Positions 10,045 through 19,200 of a DNA stretch of 37,606 nucleotides are shown one piece after another. The stretch is from Caldisericota bacterium (lineage in GTDB: Bacteria > Caldisericota > Caldisericia > JAAYUI01). Numbering within the stretch: the first letter of the stretch is position 1; each line of letters opens with the position of its first letter. The translations under genes and the position numbers were made by a program. The DNA is taken from the NCBI GenBank assembly GCA_029548865.1, contig JAKPMO010000012.1, positions 1-37,606 of the forward strand, written 5' to 3'. A model generated the notes under the pieces. It saw only the letters and a program-made list of their open reading frames with translations, searched no databases and had not been told where the DNA came from.

Positions 10045-10056
10045 GGCGTCTTTTAC

Positions 10057-10132
10057 TGGTGGACCTGAGGAGATTCGAACTCCTGACCTTCTGCATGCCA
10101 TGCAGACGCGCTTCCAGCTGCGCCACAGGCCC
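10057..10132 (-). tRNA. tRNA-Ala(GGC)
   Basis: Minus-strand cloverleaf GGGCCTG...CAGGTCC-ACCA with G3:U70; anticodon arm TCTGC-ATGGCAT-GCAGA (A32-U38); GTTCGAAT T-loop; CCA encoded. Confidence 0.97.
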
Positions 10133-10144
10133 ACGTTGGGATAT

Positions 10145-10171
10145 TTATAACGATGCCTAAATGAAAGTCAA
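10145..10171 (-). promoter_or_regulatory. Candidate promoter for tRNA-Ala(GGC)/leuS
   Basis: Minus strand TTGACT, about 16-17 nt, then TATAAAT, about 11 nt upstream of the tRNA. Confidence 0.5.
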
Positions 10172-10200
10172 GGAACAATAGTTCTACTGGTTTTCCACCC

Positions 10201-10228
10201 TTGACATGGTATTTGGTGACATTATACT
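10201..10228 (+). promoter_or_regulatory. Sigma70 promoter for tRNA-Ile/tRNA-Ala
   Basis: TTGACA (10201-10206), 16-nt spacer, TATACT (10223-10228), 12 nt before tRNA-Ile. Confidence 0.8.
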
Positions 10229-10240
10229 AACCGAATTGTT

Positions 10241-10317
10241 GGGCCTCTAGCTCAGTTGGTTAGAGCGCGTCCCTGATAAGGACGAGGTCAGTGGTTCGAG
10301 TCCACTGAGGCCCACCA
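10241..10317 (+). tRNA. tRNA-Ile(GAT)
   Basis: GGGCCTC...GAGGCCC-ACCA; anticodon arm CGTCC-CTGATAA-GGACG; GGTTCGAGTCC T-arm. Confidence 0.97.
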
Positions 10318-10334
10318 TGCAGCTCTTTGCAAGT

Positions 10335-10410
10335 GGGGATGTAGCTCAGCTGGCAGAGCATCGCGTTTGCAACGCGAGGGTCGGGTGTTCGAATCACCTC
10401 ATCTCCACCA
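10335..10410 (+). tRNA. tRNA-Ala(TGC)
   Basis: GGGGATG...CATCTCC-ACCA with G3:U70; anticodon arm TCGCG-TTTGCAA-CGCGA. Confidence 0.97.
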
Positions 10411-10599
10411 TAAAATCCCCCACTAAGTTGAACTGACCATCTATCATTTTTTAGAAATAATCCCAAGAATAAATCCGTTGCAGGAAAAAAATTTCTTTCT
10501 GCTATTTGTGCAAATTGAGTATTGAGTTTTTTGTTAAACCGGTGATAGAAATAATCAAGACAAGAGAACAGATGGTGTGAATAATGGGTGGTGGTGACG

Positions 10600-11928
10600 A
10601 TGATGAACAGCTTTGAACGAATCCAGAGGGTGATCAATTATATTGAGGAAAACCTCACAGTCCGGATAAATCCGGACACGGCCTGCGGCCAGTCAGGCAT
10701 CTCCACCGCCCATTGCTACAGAATGTTTCATATGCTGGTGGGAAGATCCCTCATGGCCTACGTGAGGACAAGAAGAATGACTGAAGCAGCAAAAAAGCTG
10801 AGAGCTGGACATGAAAGCATCATCGAGCTTGCCCTTGATTGCGAGTATGACTCGCAAGAAGCCTTCACAAGGGCCTTCAAGTCTGAATTCGGTGTTACAC
10901 CAGGCACATTCAGGCAAAAAAAACCAAAGATAAAGGAGTACAGCAAAGTGGACCTGATTGAAAAATATTATGATAATTCGGCAAATATGCAGGGAGACCC
11001 TAAAGTTAAAGTCCTGAAATGGCTTCCTCCAATTAGGGTTGCCTATTACAATGCGATTGGCAAAACACCGGAGAAAGACGCTTGGAACAAGCTTTTAGAT
11101 TGGGCAGCAAGCAACGGTCTTTTTGATGGCCCATACAGACTTTTTGGATTCAACAACCCTTCACCACAACCAGGAAAAGATGAATATGGCTATGAAGTTT
11201 GCATCACCGTGGAGAAAGATGTTGCAGGAACTGATGAAATAAAATTCAAACACCTCATGGGAGGTCATTATGCTGTCATGAGCACAACACTCCCCAACAT
11301 CGAGAAAGACTGGAAGCATTTTTCAACGTGGCTCTCGCTGAGCAAGTATGAATATGGAACGCACCAATGCCTTGAGGAGCATTTGACGCCTCCGGACAGA
11401 TGGGACAGTGAAGCACTCGAAATCGACCTTTACATGCCGATCAAGATCAAGGAAAAACCTATGGAAAAGGAAATAAGGGAAGTAAAGCTGGATAAAATGA
11501 GGGTAGCACATTGCTGTGCCCTGAGCACTTCACCAGAAACGGATTCCTGGAAAATAATGAAGGAATGGGCAACTAAAAATGGAATTCTTGATTTGCCAGG
11601 AACAAAAATTTTCGGTTTTGACAATCCGTGTCCGGAACCTGACAGATCATTTTATGGATTTGAGCATTGGGTCACTGTACCGGATGGCGTCGAGTCTTCT
11701 GGTGGTGTTGGTATAAAGGAAGTCGAGGGTGGTGACTACCTTATTTTGTCAAGCAGACTCGAGGACATTCCTGAAAATTATAAGAGACTCTTCAAGAGTT
11801 TTGATGAGAAGGGGATTGATTGCAGGCATGCTCCGTGGATTCAGGAACTTATTTTTGACAAAGAAGATCCAGACAATCAAGATCTTATGGAACTTGTCCT
11901 TTATGCTCCCTTTAAGAGAAAAAACTGA
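10600..11928 (+). CDS. AraC-family transcriptional regulator with two tandem GyrI-like effector-binding domains
   Basis: N-terminal AraC HTH (IQRVINYIEENL...YDSQEAFTRAFKSEFGVTPGTFR). Two similar GyrI-like repeats (RVAY..PEKDAW..FGFNNPSP..YGYE / RVAH..PETDSW..FGFDNPCP..YGFE). Start uncertain (10588-10603). Confidence 0.9.
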   Translation: MMNSFERIQRVINYIEENLTVRINPDTACGQSGISTAHCYRMFHMLVGRSLMAYVRTRRMTEAAKKLRAGHESIIELALDCEYDSQEAFTRAFKSEFGVTPGTFRQKKPKIKEYSKVDLIEKYYDNSANMQGDPKVKVLKWLPPIRVAYYNAIGKTPEKDAWNKLLDWAASNGLFDGPYRLFGFNNPSPQPGKDEYGYEVCITVEKDVAGTDEIKFKHLMGGHYAVMSTTLPNIEKDWKHFSTWLSLSKYEYGTHQCLEEHLTPPDRWDSEALEIDLYMPIKIKEKPMEKEIREVKLDKMRVAHCCALSTSPETDSWKIMKEWATKNGILDLPGTKIFGFDNPCPEPDRSFYGFEHWVTVPDGVESSGGVGIKEVEGGDYLILSSRLEDIPENYKRLFKSFDEKGIDCRHAPWIQELIFDKEDPDNQDLMELVLYAPFKRKN

Positions 11929-11943
11929 ATTATGGTGAAATTT

Positions 11944-11975
11944 AAAAGGCCAGATAAATATTACCTGGCCTTTTT
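11944..11975. terminator. Bidirectional intrinsic terminator
   Basis: aaaaggccagataa-ata-ttacctggcctttt near-perfect inverted repeat between convergent genes. Confidence 0.85.
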
Positions 11976-11995
11976 GTTTTTCTAGGTTTTTGTTA

Positions 11996-13030
11996 TCAGG
12001 GATTTTTGGGTTTTGATATTGGCTGTGATGGTTTTAGCTGGGTAGAAGATGATGGATCCATTATCTTGGCATTTTCGGGTATCTGAATTTTTGGTGCAGA
12101 GCCAATATTGGTTATTTCAATTGTATAGCTGTCACCTTCGCTGCCGATGGTTAATTTCCCATTGAAGGAAACCATCATACCTTTATTAGATCCTTTTGAA
12201 AGTACAAGGATTTCCCCATCGACCTGATCTGTTGCGTCCTTCCCATACCCTGCTATATAGTATTTTTCAACTTCCTGACTGGCAAAAGATCCTTTTCCGA
12301 GAGCGTTGAATGTCGAGTTTTTGTCAGATAAAACTTCCTTTATGGCCTTCATGTAAAGCTGGAGTTGGATTTTTGAAGATTCTCCGGGAGCTTGTCCTTT
12401 TGGAACCTTAATGCCTATCCAGCCCTGGCTCGGGACCTTATTGTACGTTGTTGTTGGGGTGAATATTATTTCAGTTTGTGGTGCTTGAGGATTTTGGCTT
12501 TTTATGACATTTCTTACCGAGTCTCCATTGAATGTCATTTCAAGTATTGATCCGGGGAATTGTTTGTCACCCTTTGTTGTTTTGACTACACAATTTGTAA
12601 AATCCATATAAATATTTATGTTTGGCCTGTTTCCCACAGGTTTTCCTGGAGCTGGTGGTGGGGTTGTTTGTGGTTTCAGTGGAGTTTTTGTGATCTCTCC
12701 TGCTTTGGAATCATCTGTTTTTGAGAGCGTTGCCTCAAGAAAATTGTCCCCGTCTTTAATTTCGAACTCGGGGTAGGTGGTTTTTGAATACCCGTCTGCA
12801 GAGATTATCACATCAAACTTGCCCTCGGAGAGTCCTTCCACAATAAATCTTCCGTCATCATCTGTCACGATTGTTTTCGAATCGATTACAATGCTTGCAT
12901 TTGCAATCTTTGCCAAGCTGATTGTATCTCTTACGGTGCCTGATAGTTTTGATGATCCACCTTCGCAAGAAGCAAAGAATACTATCGCTAAAACCAGAGC
13001 CAGTGTTATGGGGGCTAGTTTTTTTGTCAT
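11996..13030 (-). CDS. Lipoprotein with carboxypeptidase-regulatory-like (prealbumin fold) domain, Pro-rich linker and uncharacterised C-terminal domain
   Basis: Lipobox FFASC; LSGTVRD..IANASI..TDDDGRFIVEGLSEGKFDVIISADGY; AAGGAGG RBS; ATGA overlap with rpe. Confidence 0.75.
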   Translation of the reverse strand: MTKKLAPITLALVLAIVFFASCEGGSSKLSGTVRDTISLAKIANASIVIDSKTIVTDDDGRFIVEGLSEGKFDVIISADGYSKTTYPEFEIKDGDNFLEATLSKTDDSKAGEITKTPLKPQTTPPPAPGKPVGNRPNINIYMDFTNCVVKTTKGDKQFPGSILEMTFNGDSVRNVIKSQNPQAPQTEIIFTPTTTYNKVPSQGWIGIKVPKGQAPGESSKIQLQLYMKAIKEVLSDKNSTFNALGKGSFASQEVEKYYIAGYGKDATDQVDGEILVLSKGSNKGMMVSFNGKLTIGSEGDSYTIEITNIGSAPKIQIPENAKIMDPSSSTQLKPSQPISKPKNP

Positions 13031-13671
13031 GGTTTCCTCCTTAAAGACCTTATCTGATCAGAGAAGGTCTTTTTGTCTTTTGAGTTAAAAAAACTTGATC
13101 CTGAAACGAGAATGTCAGCGCCATTCTCGACAAGTGCTGATGCGTTCTCAAGCCCAACGCCACCGTCAACCTCTATTTCTATTGTTTCTGACAGCTCTCT
13201 CACTTTGGCGACCCTGTTTATTGTGGATGGAATGAATTTTTGGCCTGAAAATCCAGGGTAAACACCCATTACTGTTACGATGGCTATCTGGTCAATAAAT
13301 GGCTTGAGAATATCGCAATCTGTGTCGGGTTTTATGGCCAGACCCGGTTTCATTCCCGAAGATTTGACGAGATTTATTATTTCCATATGTTTTAGGCCAA
13401 GTTCTACATGCCATACAAACATTTTTGCACCCATGTTCCTAAATTTTTCTATGTATTCGCCAGGATTGTTGACCATCAGATGTGCGTATGCAGGAACTAG
13501 TGAAACTTTGCATGCAGATTCACATGTTAGGATTCCCAAAGCAAGATTTGGGACAAAATGGCCATCCATAACGTCAAGATGAAGAATGTCCGCGAACTCG
13601 TTTATATTTTTGATCCCCTCTTCAAGGTTGAGGGGGTTGGCTGCAAGAAGTGAAGGGGCCAGTTTTGTCAT
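13027..13671 (-). CDS. rpe: Ribulose-phosphate 3-epimerase
   Basis: LAPSLLAA, HLDVMDGHFVPN, HLMV, VYPGFSGQKF, IEVDGGV, LVSGS. Confidence 0.96.
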   Translation of the reverse strand: MTKLAPSLLAANPLNLEEGIKNINEFADILHLDVMDGHFVPNLALGILTCESACKVSLVPAYAHLMVNNPGEYIEKFRNMGAKMFVWHVELGLKHMEIINLVKSSGMKPGLAIKPDTDCDILKPFIDQIAIVTVMGVYPGFSGQKFIPSTINRVAKVRELSETIEIEVDGGVGLENASALVENGADILVSGSSFFNSKDKKTFSDQIRSLRRKP

Positions 13672-14354
13672 GGCTGCCTGAAGTAGATATCAATCTTGTT
13701 TTTGGTGTCGCATTCCCTGTTTGGCTCAGGATCAGTTCTCAAAACGATATTTGCGTCAGCGTATGGGGCAAGGTTTTTCTGGACAGCTATAAGGTTTACC
13801 TCAAAACCAGCCTGCTGGAGAGTTTCGGAAGCCTGGTCAACTGGAAGACCCAAAACATTGGGGACAGTTGTCAGCTGTCCAACTGATACAGTCAGTGTTA
13901 TTGGAGTGTTTCTATCAACTTCGCTGTCTGGAGCCGGAAATTGCCTGACGACATAACCAACATCACTGGCATTGGATGATTCCTCTTCTATCCCGCCTAT
14001 TGCAAGCCCTATCTTGAGGAGTGAATCTTGTGCATCTCCATATTTCATTCCAATGAGGTTTGGCACTTTCATTTTTCTCTTGCCACTCGAGACAACGACA
14101 AAAACGCTCCTGGCGGTTTTTATGTAAGCGCCTTCGGAAGGATCCTGTGATATAATGCTTCCTTCCGGAACAAACTCTGAGGCCTCGTATTTTTCAATGA
14201 CCAGTTTTAGATCTCTTTTCTGGGCGACCTTTTCTGCAGTCTGGAACCTCATATTTGTGAGGTTAGGCACCATTATCATCAGATCGGGACCACCGCATCC
14301 AGCAAAAAACATTGTGAAGACAATTATGGTTGAAATAAGCAAACCTTTTTTCAT
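13668..14354 (-). CDS. PASTA-repeat lipoprotein (3 PASTA domains, no kinase domain)
   Basis: Lipobox FFAGC; three repeats (VPNLT..G.IISQDP, VPNLIG..GYVVRQFP, VPNVLG..VLRTDP). Confidence 0.88.
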   Translation of the reverse strand: MKKGLLISTIIVFTMFFAGCGGPDLMIMVPNLTNMRFQTAEKVAQKRDLKLVIEKYEASEFVPEGSIISQDPSEGAYIKTARSVFVVVSSGKRKMKVPNLIGMKYGDAQDSLLKIGLAIGGIEEESSNASDVGYVVRQFPAPDSEVDRNTPITLTVSVGQLTTVPNVLGLPVDQASETLQQAGFEVNLIAVQKNLAPYADANIVLRTDPEPNRECDTKNKIDIYFRQP

Positions 14355-14381
14355 GGTGTTTAAGTTATTCCCTTTTGGCCT

Positions 14382-16019
14382 TTAATCAAGTCCCGACAGT
14401 TTTTTGTGCTGTGTTCTGAAGTGTTTTCCAGCAAACCTGTGGGACTCGTCTCTAATTTGCTGGAGAAGTCTCAATGCCAGGCTGGTTTCCGGCAACCTTA
14501 TCGGTTCCATCCCCTTTCGCATAACGAGCTCTTCTTCCTTGGCAAGAGAGGCTATCTCTATATCCATTCCCTTGAACACATCGAGGGCAACGTTGAGCTG
14601 GCCTATTCCACCATCAATGAGGAGGAGGTCTGGTTTTTGGGCAAACTCCTCATCATCCCAATGTGTCCTTCTTCTCTCCAGCGTTTCTCTCATCATTGCA
14701 TAATCATCAGGAGTATCTTTTGTTTTGATTTTGTAGATCCTGTAGCCTTTCTTGTTTGGTCGGCCATCCTTAAAGCTGACCTGCGACCCGACTGCACCTT
14801 TTCCCTGTATGTTTGCTATGTCGTAACCTTCAATGAGAAACGGTGGTTTTTTAAGTTCAAGTGCCTCCTGAAGCTGGGTTATAGCATTTTTGCCAAGTGC
14901 AAGGGTCTCCCTTCTCATGTGCTCTGAAAGATGGTGTTTTGCATTTGTTTCTGCCATCTTCAGCAATTGCACCTTGTCACCCCTTTTTGGCTGGACAATT
15001 TTTATCTGCCTGAGGAGTTCCCTACCCTGATTGATGAACTCAAAGAGTTCCTTTTCACCCTCTGGTTTTACATTTACAAGGATTTCTGATGGCAAATCGA
15101 TGTTGTCCTGGCTACCGTATACCTGTTGCATCACTGCACCAAGAAACTCTGAAGGGGTGGCTTCGTCTTCTGAACCTGCGAACATCTGCATGTCCAGGAT
15201 TAACCTGCCTCCCCTTACTTTCATGTATTCGACGCACGCCCTATTTTCGTTATTAAAAACGGCAAAAGCATCTCTATCAGCTGGTTCTGTGCTGATGACT
15301 CTTTGTTTGGATACTATCGAGGAGAGGTTCTTGATACTTTCTCTCAGCCTGGCAGCTTCCTCGAACCTTAAGGACGCAGATGCTTCAGTCATTTTTTTGT
15401 GGAGTGTTTCTTCCAGCTTCTTGTATTTGCCAGAAAGTAACAAGAGCAAATCGGCAACCATTGACTGGTATTCTTCCTGACTTGTTAGGCTGGCGCATGG
15501 CGCAAGGCACAATCCGATATGATAATCGAGGCAAGGCCTGCATTTTTTCTCTGGGAGTTCGAGCTTGCACGTTCTGACCGGAAAAAATTGCCTTATAGTC
15601 CTGATATTTGTCGCAAGAGACTCAGATCTTGTATAAGGGCCAAAGTAATGGAAATTTGGATTGTCCGTCCTTCTTGTCCTGCCAAGCCTTGGGAATGATT
15701 CTTTCGAAACAAAAATGAAGCTGTATTCCTTATCGTCACGTAGCTTGATGTTGTAGTGTGGCTGATATTCCTTTATCAGATTATTTTCGAGTACGAGGGC
15801 CTCGTGGGCCGAGTAGGTGACTATGAAATCTAGATCGCATGCATGGTCCATCATTGCTGCCACTTTTGGCAACAGCTGCGATTTGTCCAGATATGACGAA
15901 ACTCTGTCGCGAAGGCATTTTGCCTTTCCGACGTATATGACCTTCCCGGTAGAGTCCTTGAAGAGGTAAACACCAGGCTTGAGTGGAAGGTTTTTTACCT
16001 TCTCTTCAAGCTCCGTCAT
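14382..16019 (-). CDS. uvrC: Excinuclease ABC subunit C lacking the C-terminal (HhH)2 domain
   Basis: GIY-YIG (PGVYLF..IYVGKA), Cys-rich cluster, UVR coil (FEEAARLR), RNase H-like domain (IEGYDIA, DDYAMMRE, PDLLLIDGG, QIRDESHRFA); stop follows shortly. Confidence 0.95.
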   Translation of the reverse strand: MTELEEKVKNLPLKPGVYLFKDSTGKVIYVGKAKCLRDRVSSYLDKSQLLPKVAAMMDHACDLDFIVTYSAHEALVLENNLIKEYQPHYNIKLRDDKEYSFIFVSKESFPRLGRTRRTDNPNFHYFGPYTRSESLATNIRTIRQFFPVRTCKLELPEKKCRPCLDYHIGLCLAPCASLTSQEEYQSMVADLLLLLSGKYKKLEETLHKKMTEASASLRFEEAARLRESIKNLSSIVSKQRVISTEPADRDAFAVFNNENRACVEYMKVRGGRLILDMQMFAGSEDEATPSEFLGAVMQQVYGSQDNIDLPSEILVNVKPEGEKELFEFINQGRELLRQIKIVQPKRGDKVQLLKMAETNAKHHLSEHMRRETLALGKNAITQLQEALELKKPPFLIEGYDIANIQGKGAVGSQVSFKDGRPNKKGYRIYKIKTKDTPDDYAMMRETLERRRTHWDDEEFAQKPDLLLIDGGIGQLNVALDVFKGMDIEIASLAKEEELVMRKGMEPIRLPETSLALRLLQQIRDESHRFAGKHFRTQHKKLSGLD

Positions 16020-16225
16020 TAATCAACCCACCACACCCACGTTTTGCTTTTAAACTCACCCTTGATGAAGCCCTGAGCCCTGAGCCCGGGTAGGAATCTT
16101 GACGCCGCATCCCTGCATGCAATCCCTTGGGCCTTGATGGCATCCTCAATTTGGGTGGTGGTCATTTTGCCTTTTCCCTTGAGAATATCTACTACAAATT
16201 CTGCTTCATCCGTCATTTCGTTCAT
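16019..16225 (-). CDS. Small hypothetical protein, winged-helix-like
   Basis: GAGGT RBS; start overlaps the upstream stop (ATGA) and stop overlaps the uvrC start (TAATG); pattern ILKGKGKMTTTQIE...LRAQGFIKGE..WVWW. Confidence 0.7.
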   Translation of the reverse strand: MNEMTDEAEFVVDILKGKGKMTTTQIEDAIKAQGIACRDAASRFLPGLRAQGFIKGEFKSKTWVWWVD

Positions 16226-19200
16226 ATTTCATACCTCAGTACCAGTGTTTTGTTTTCGTTTTCAAAAGATGCCTCTGCTCCGATTATGTCGCAGAGCGTT
16301 TCAAAGTCCACAAAGATGTCACCACCTTCAATGATAGTTGGGGCCTGTGCGTTTAGGGTGAATGGTCCTGCGGATACAGCTGTTTTGTTGTGTTCGACAC
16401 TTATTTGCCATGTTTCAAACTGGCCCAGTGCCCTTTTCCTATCTGGAAGCACCGAAGCTGATCCACCAAGTGCCGGAAGCAGCGAATTGATCGCGACCAG
16501 ATATTTGTCACCAAAAGTTTTTGTGGAAATAGAAACCTTGGTTTTCAGATTGTTGAATGTAAGAGAGCTGTCAGTGGTGTTGATTTTTAGCTCCAGTGGT
16601 TTATTTTCAAAAACAGGATTGTATTGAATATCGCAAATAAATTTTCCACCATTGGATTCAATAGTTATTGTCCCCGTTTCCGGGAATACAGGAGCGGTCC
16701 AGGTGTTGACTGAGAACTCGATTGATGTGGAGTCAGTGGTGGAGAAATTTGTGTTTTTTGGCGTTATGTACGGGAGGGAACTGGTGATTGTGCCGGAGAG
16801 TTCCCCAACACCAATATTTGAAAGGCTGAGGGATGGGGCTTTTGCGCTCTCCTCAATCCCAAGCAATCTCCTTACCTTGAATTCAAGGTTCCTCACACCC
16901 TGGTCCCAGAAACCCACATTTGTATATGCCCATTTCATGTCTTTTGTAATAACGACAAGCCTTGGGATTGCCTTTCCTTCGTAAAGGCGGAATGTTTTGA
17001 GTTCTGGCCTTATGTCATAGCACATCGGATAAGTTATTTTGTCCAAGCCGAGTGATTTTAGGCCACCTTTGATTCTTGAGTCCTCAGTGAGTGTTTCTTC
17101 AATATCTTCATCTGTTTTTTCATCCTGGTCAGTGATGACACCAAGCACCACCAGGCCTTTGTTTTTGTAATTTCTCCAAAGCTTCTCAAGATGGGGCATG
17201 GAGGACTTGCATGGTGGACACCAGGTTGCCCAGAAATCAATAATGACAACTTGCACTTCTGGTTTTTTGAGGAGTTCGGAGAGCTTTGTTTTGGCTCCCG
17301 AGGAGTAGGGGTAGCTTGGAAGCTCAAAATCTGGTGCTGCCCTGAACCCACCTGCTGGCGGGATGTATGAATTGAACATCAGGCTGGACTTATCAACCGA
17401 GAGGAGTGGGGTTGTTGCCCTTCCCCTTATTGTTGGTGCCCACAACACTATTGTTCCGTCAAAACTCTGGAGGGTTGCCCCTGCAAATTGTGAAAGGAAC
17501 TTTACAGGGCCGTATATTTCTCCTGATTCTATCGAGAATTTGCCACCAAATTCGAATTTTGATCCACCAGATTCGGCAAAGTTTTGTCCGATATACATTG
17601 TTGCTTCATTTTGCCCGGCAATAAACCTGACAGTCTGGTTGGAGAGGATTCGTACTTCTGCGCCTATGGATTTTGCAATCAGCCCTATTGGTCCCACCGG
17701 ATCATCACCTGCAGTGGCAGCAACAGGCATGCTGACGTTTGAGCCATTTATTCTTATGGTCTTTGAACCATTATACCAGCTGGAAAAGGATGTGAAAGGC
17801 GGAATGTTCCAGCACCTGACAGGTATCTCGACCTGGTTGCTTGTTCCAAGCAGAGTCGCTGTTGCGATTTTGTAGTTTGGTGTATTCTCGAGTTCAACTT
17901 GAGATGGATCAAAGCTCAATGAAACCTGTACAGGTGAACTCCTGAAAGTACCAGTCAGAATGTTGACTAGTGGTGAGTTTGATGTTATCGAGCCCTGGCC
18001 TGCAGAGCCACCTTTGTTTGACACATTTACTGTGAGCACATCTGGTGGGACAGCGCCCTGTTTGTCAAAGATCGAAGCGGTGGCCTGTTCAAGATAAATA
18101 AGCTGGGACTGGTTTGCATCCGGGAGGGCAAAAACAAGCTCGTCTTTGGAATTGACAATATAGAGTCTGGGGATTGACTCGCCAGGGAAACCTTCGCAAA
18201 TCTCACCGCTTTCATTAAACATGATCGGCAGTGTGAGGCCAACTATTGAGAGTGCATCAAGACCCTCCATTATGTCTCTATTGCCTGCAAAAAACTGCTC
18301 TACTGTAGAATCTGTTGGTATCGAATTCGATACAAGGTAGCAAGACAAACCTTTGTCCTTGTACCTTCTAAAAGTGCTCTCAATGAACGGTATCATTTTG
18401 GCACATGCCTGGTTGTTTGAGTAGAAGAAGAAAAGCTTGTATTGTGATTGGTCCTGCAAGAGGCTGTACTTGGCATTCTCTCTGATCGGATAAAGATTTG
18501 CCTCGAAAGGTTTTGCCACCTTTTTATCATTCATCTTCACAAGGTCAATGCTTGGCCAGTCGAGTGAAAGCAGGGGTTGGGGTTCTTTCTTGAGCCAGAC
18601 CCTGACACTCTCATAGTTTTCACTTATTTCCAGGCCAAATGCGAGCGAAAGGCAGGCCCAGGGCAGCATGACATCTTCACCTTTTACCTCATACCTGAAC
18701 TTCCACGGCATTTTGGTGCCATCAAGGAAGAAATCACCTGTTTTTGTGCCAAGCTCAAGTGTTTTGCCCCTCATCATTATGGCAAGATTGCCGCTTGTTG
18801 GGTCAAATATGCTTGATCCGCCACAGGAGGAAATGAATTTGAGAACAGATGTCGAGACCAGTCCATCAAGCACCTTTGGCTGGTCTTGTTGCTCAAAGCC
18901 GTTGATTTTGTAAAAGTCTCCTTTTGACGAGAAAAGGACCGAGTCTTTTGGGTAAATGCCAACATTGAGGTTTAATCCCACAATTCCATTGTAAGTTGCA
19001 ACTATTGCCGCGTCACTTGTTTCAATGGGCAGATCACTTCCAAATATTGGGGTAAGGGTAACCTTTTCCTTTGAAACAGAAACGCGTGTTGTTTGCATGG
19101 CACTTGTGGTATCAATGGGTTCTTTGAAAATTATTTTCCCGCCACCTTTGTTTATTATTGTAACCGTTGTTTTTGGCGGAATTGCGTTTGGTGTTGCATC

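Noticed and set aside
10428..10445. TGAACTGACC, resembling an IS3-family terminal repeat, after tRNA-Ala
   Set aside because: Too short, with no partner repeat or transposase; probably chance.
10260..10637. 125-aa minus-strand ORF, and the similar 9847-10134 ORF
   Set aside because: They run across tRNA genes and are spurious translations.
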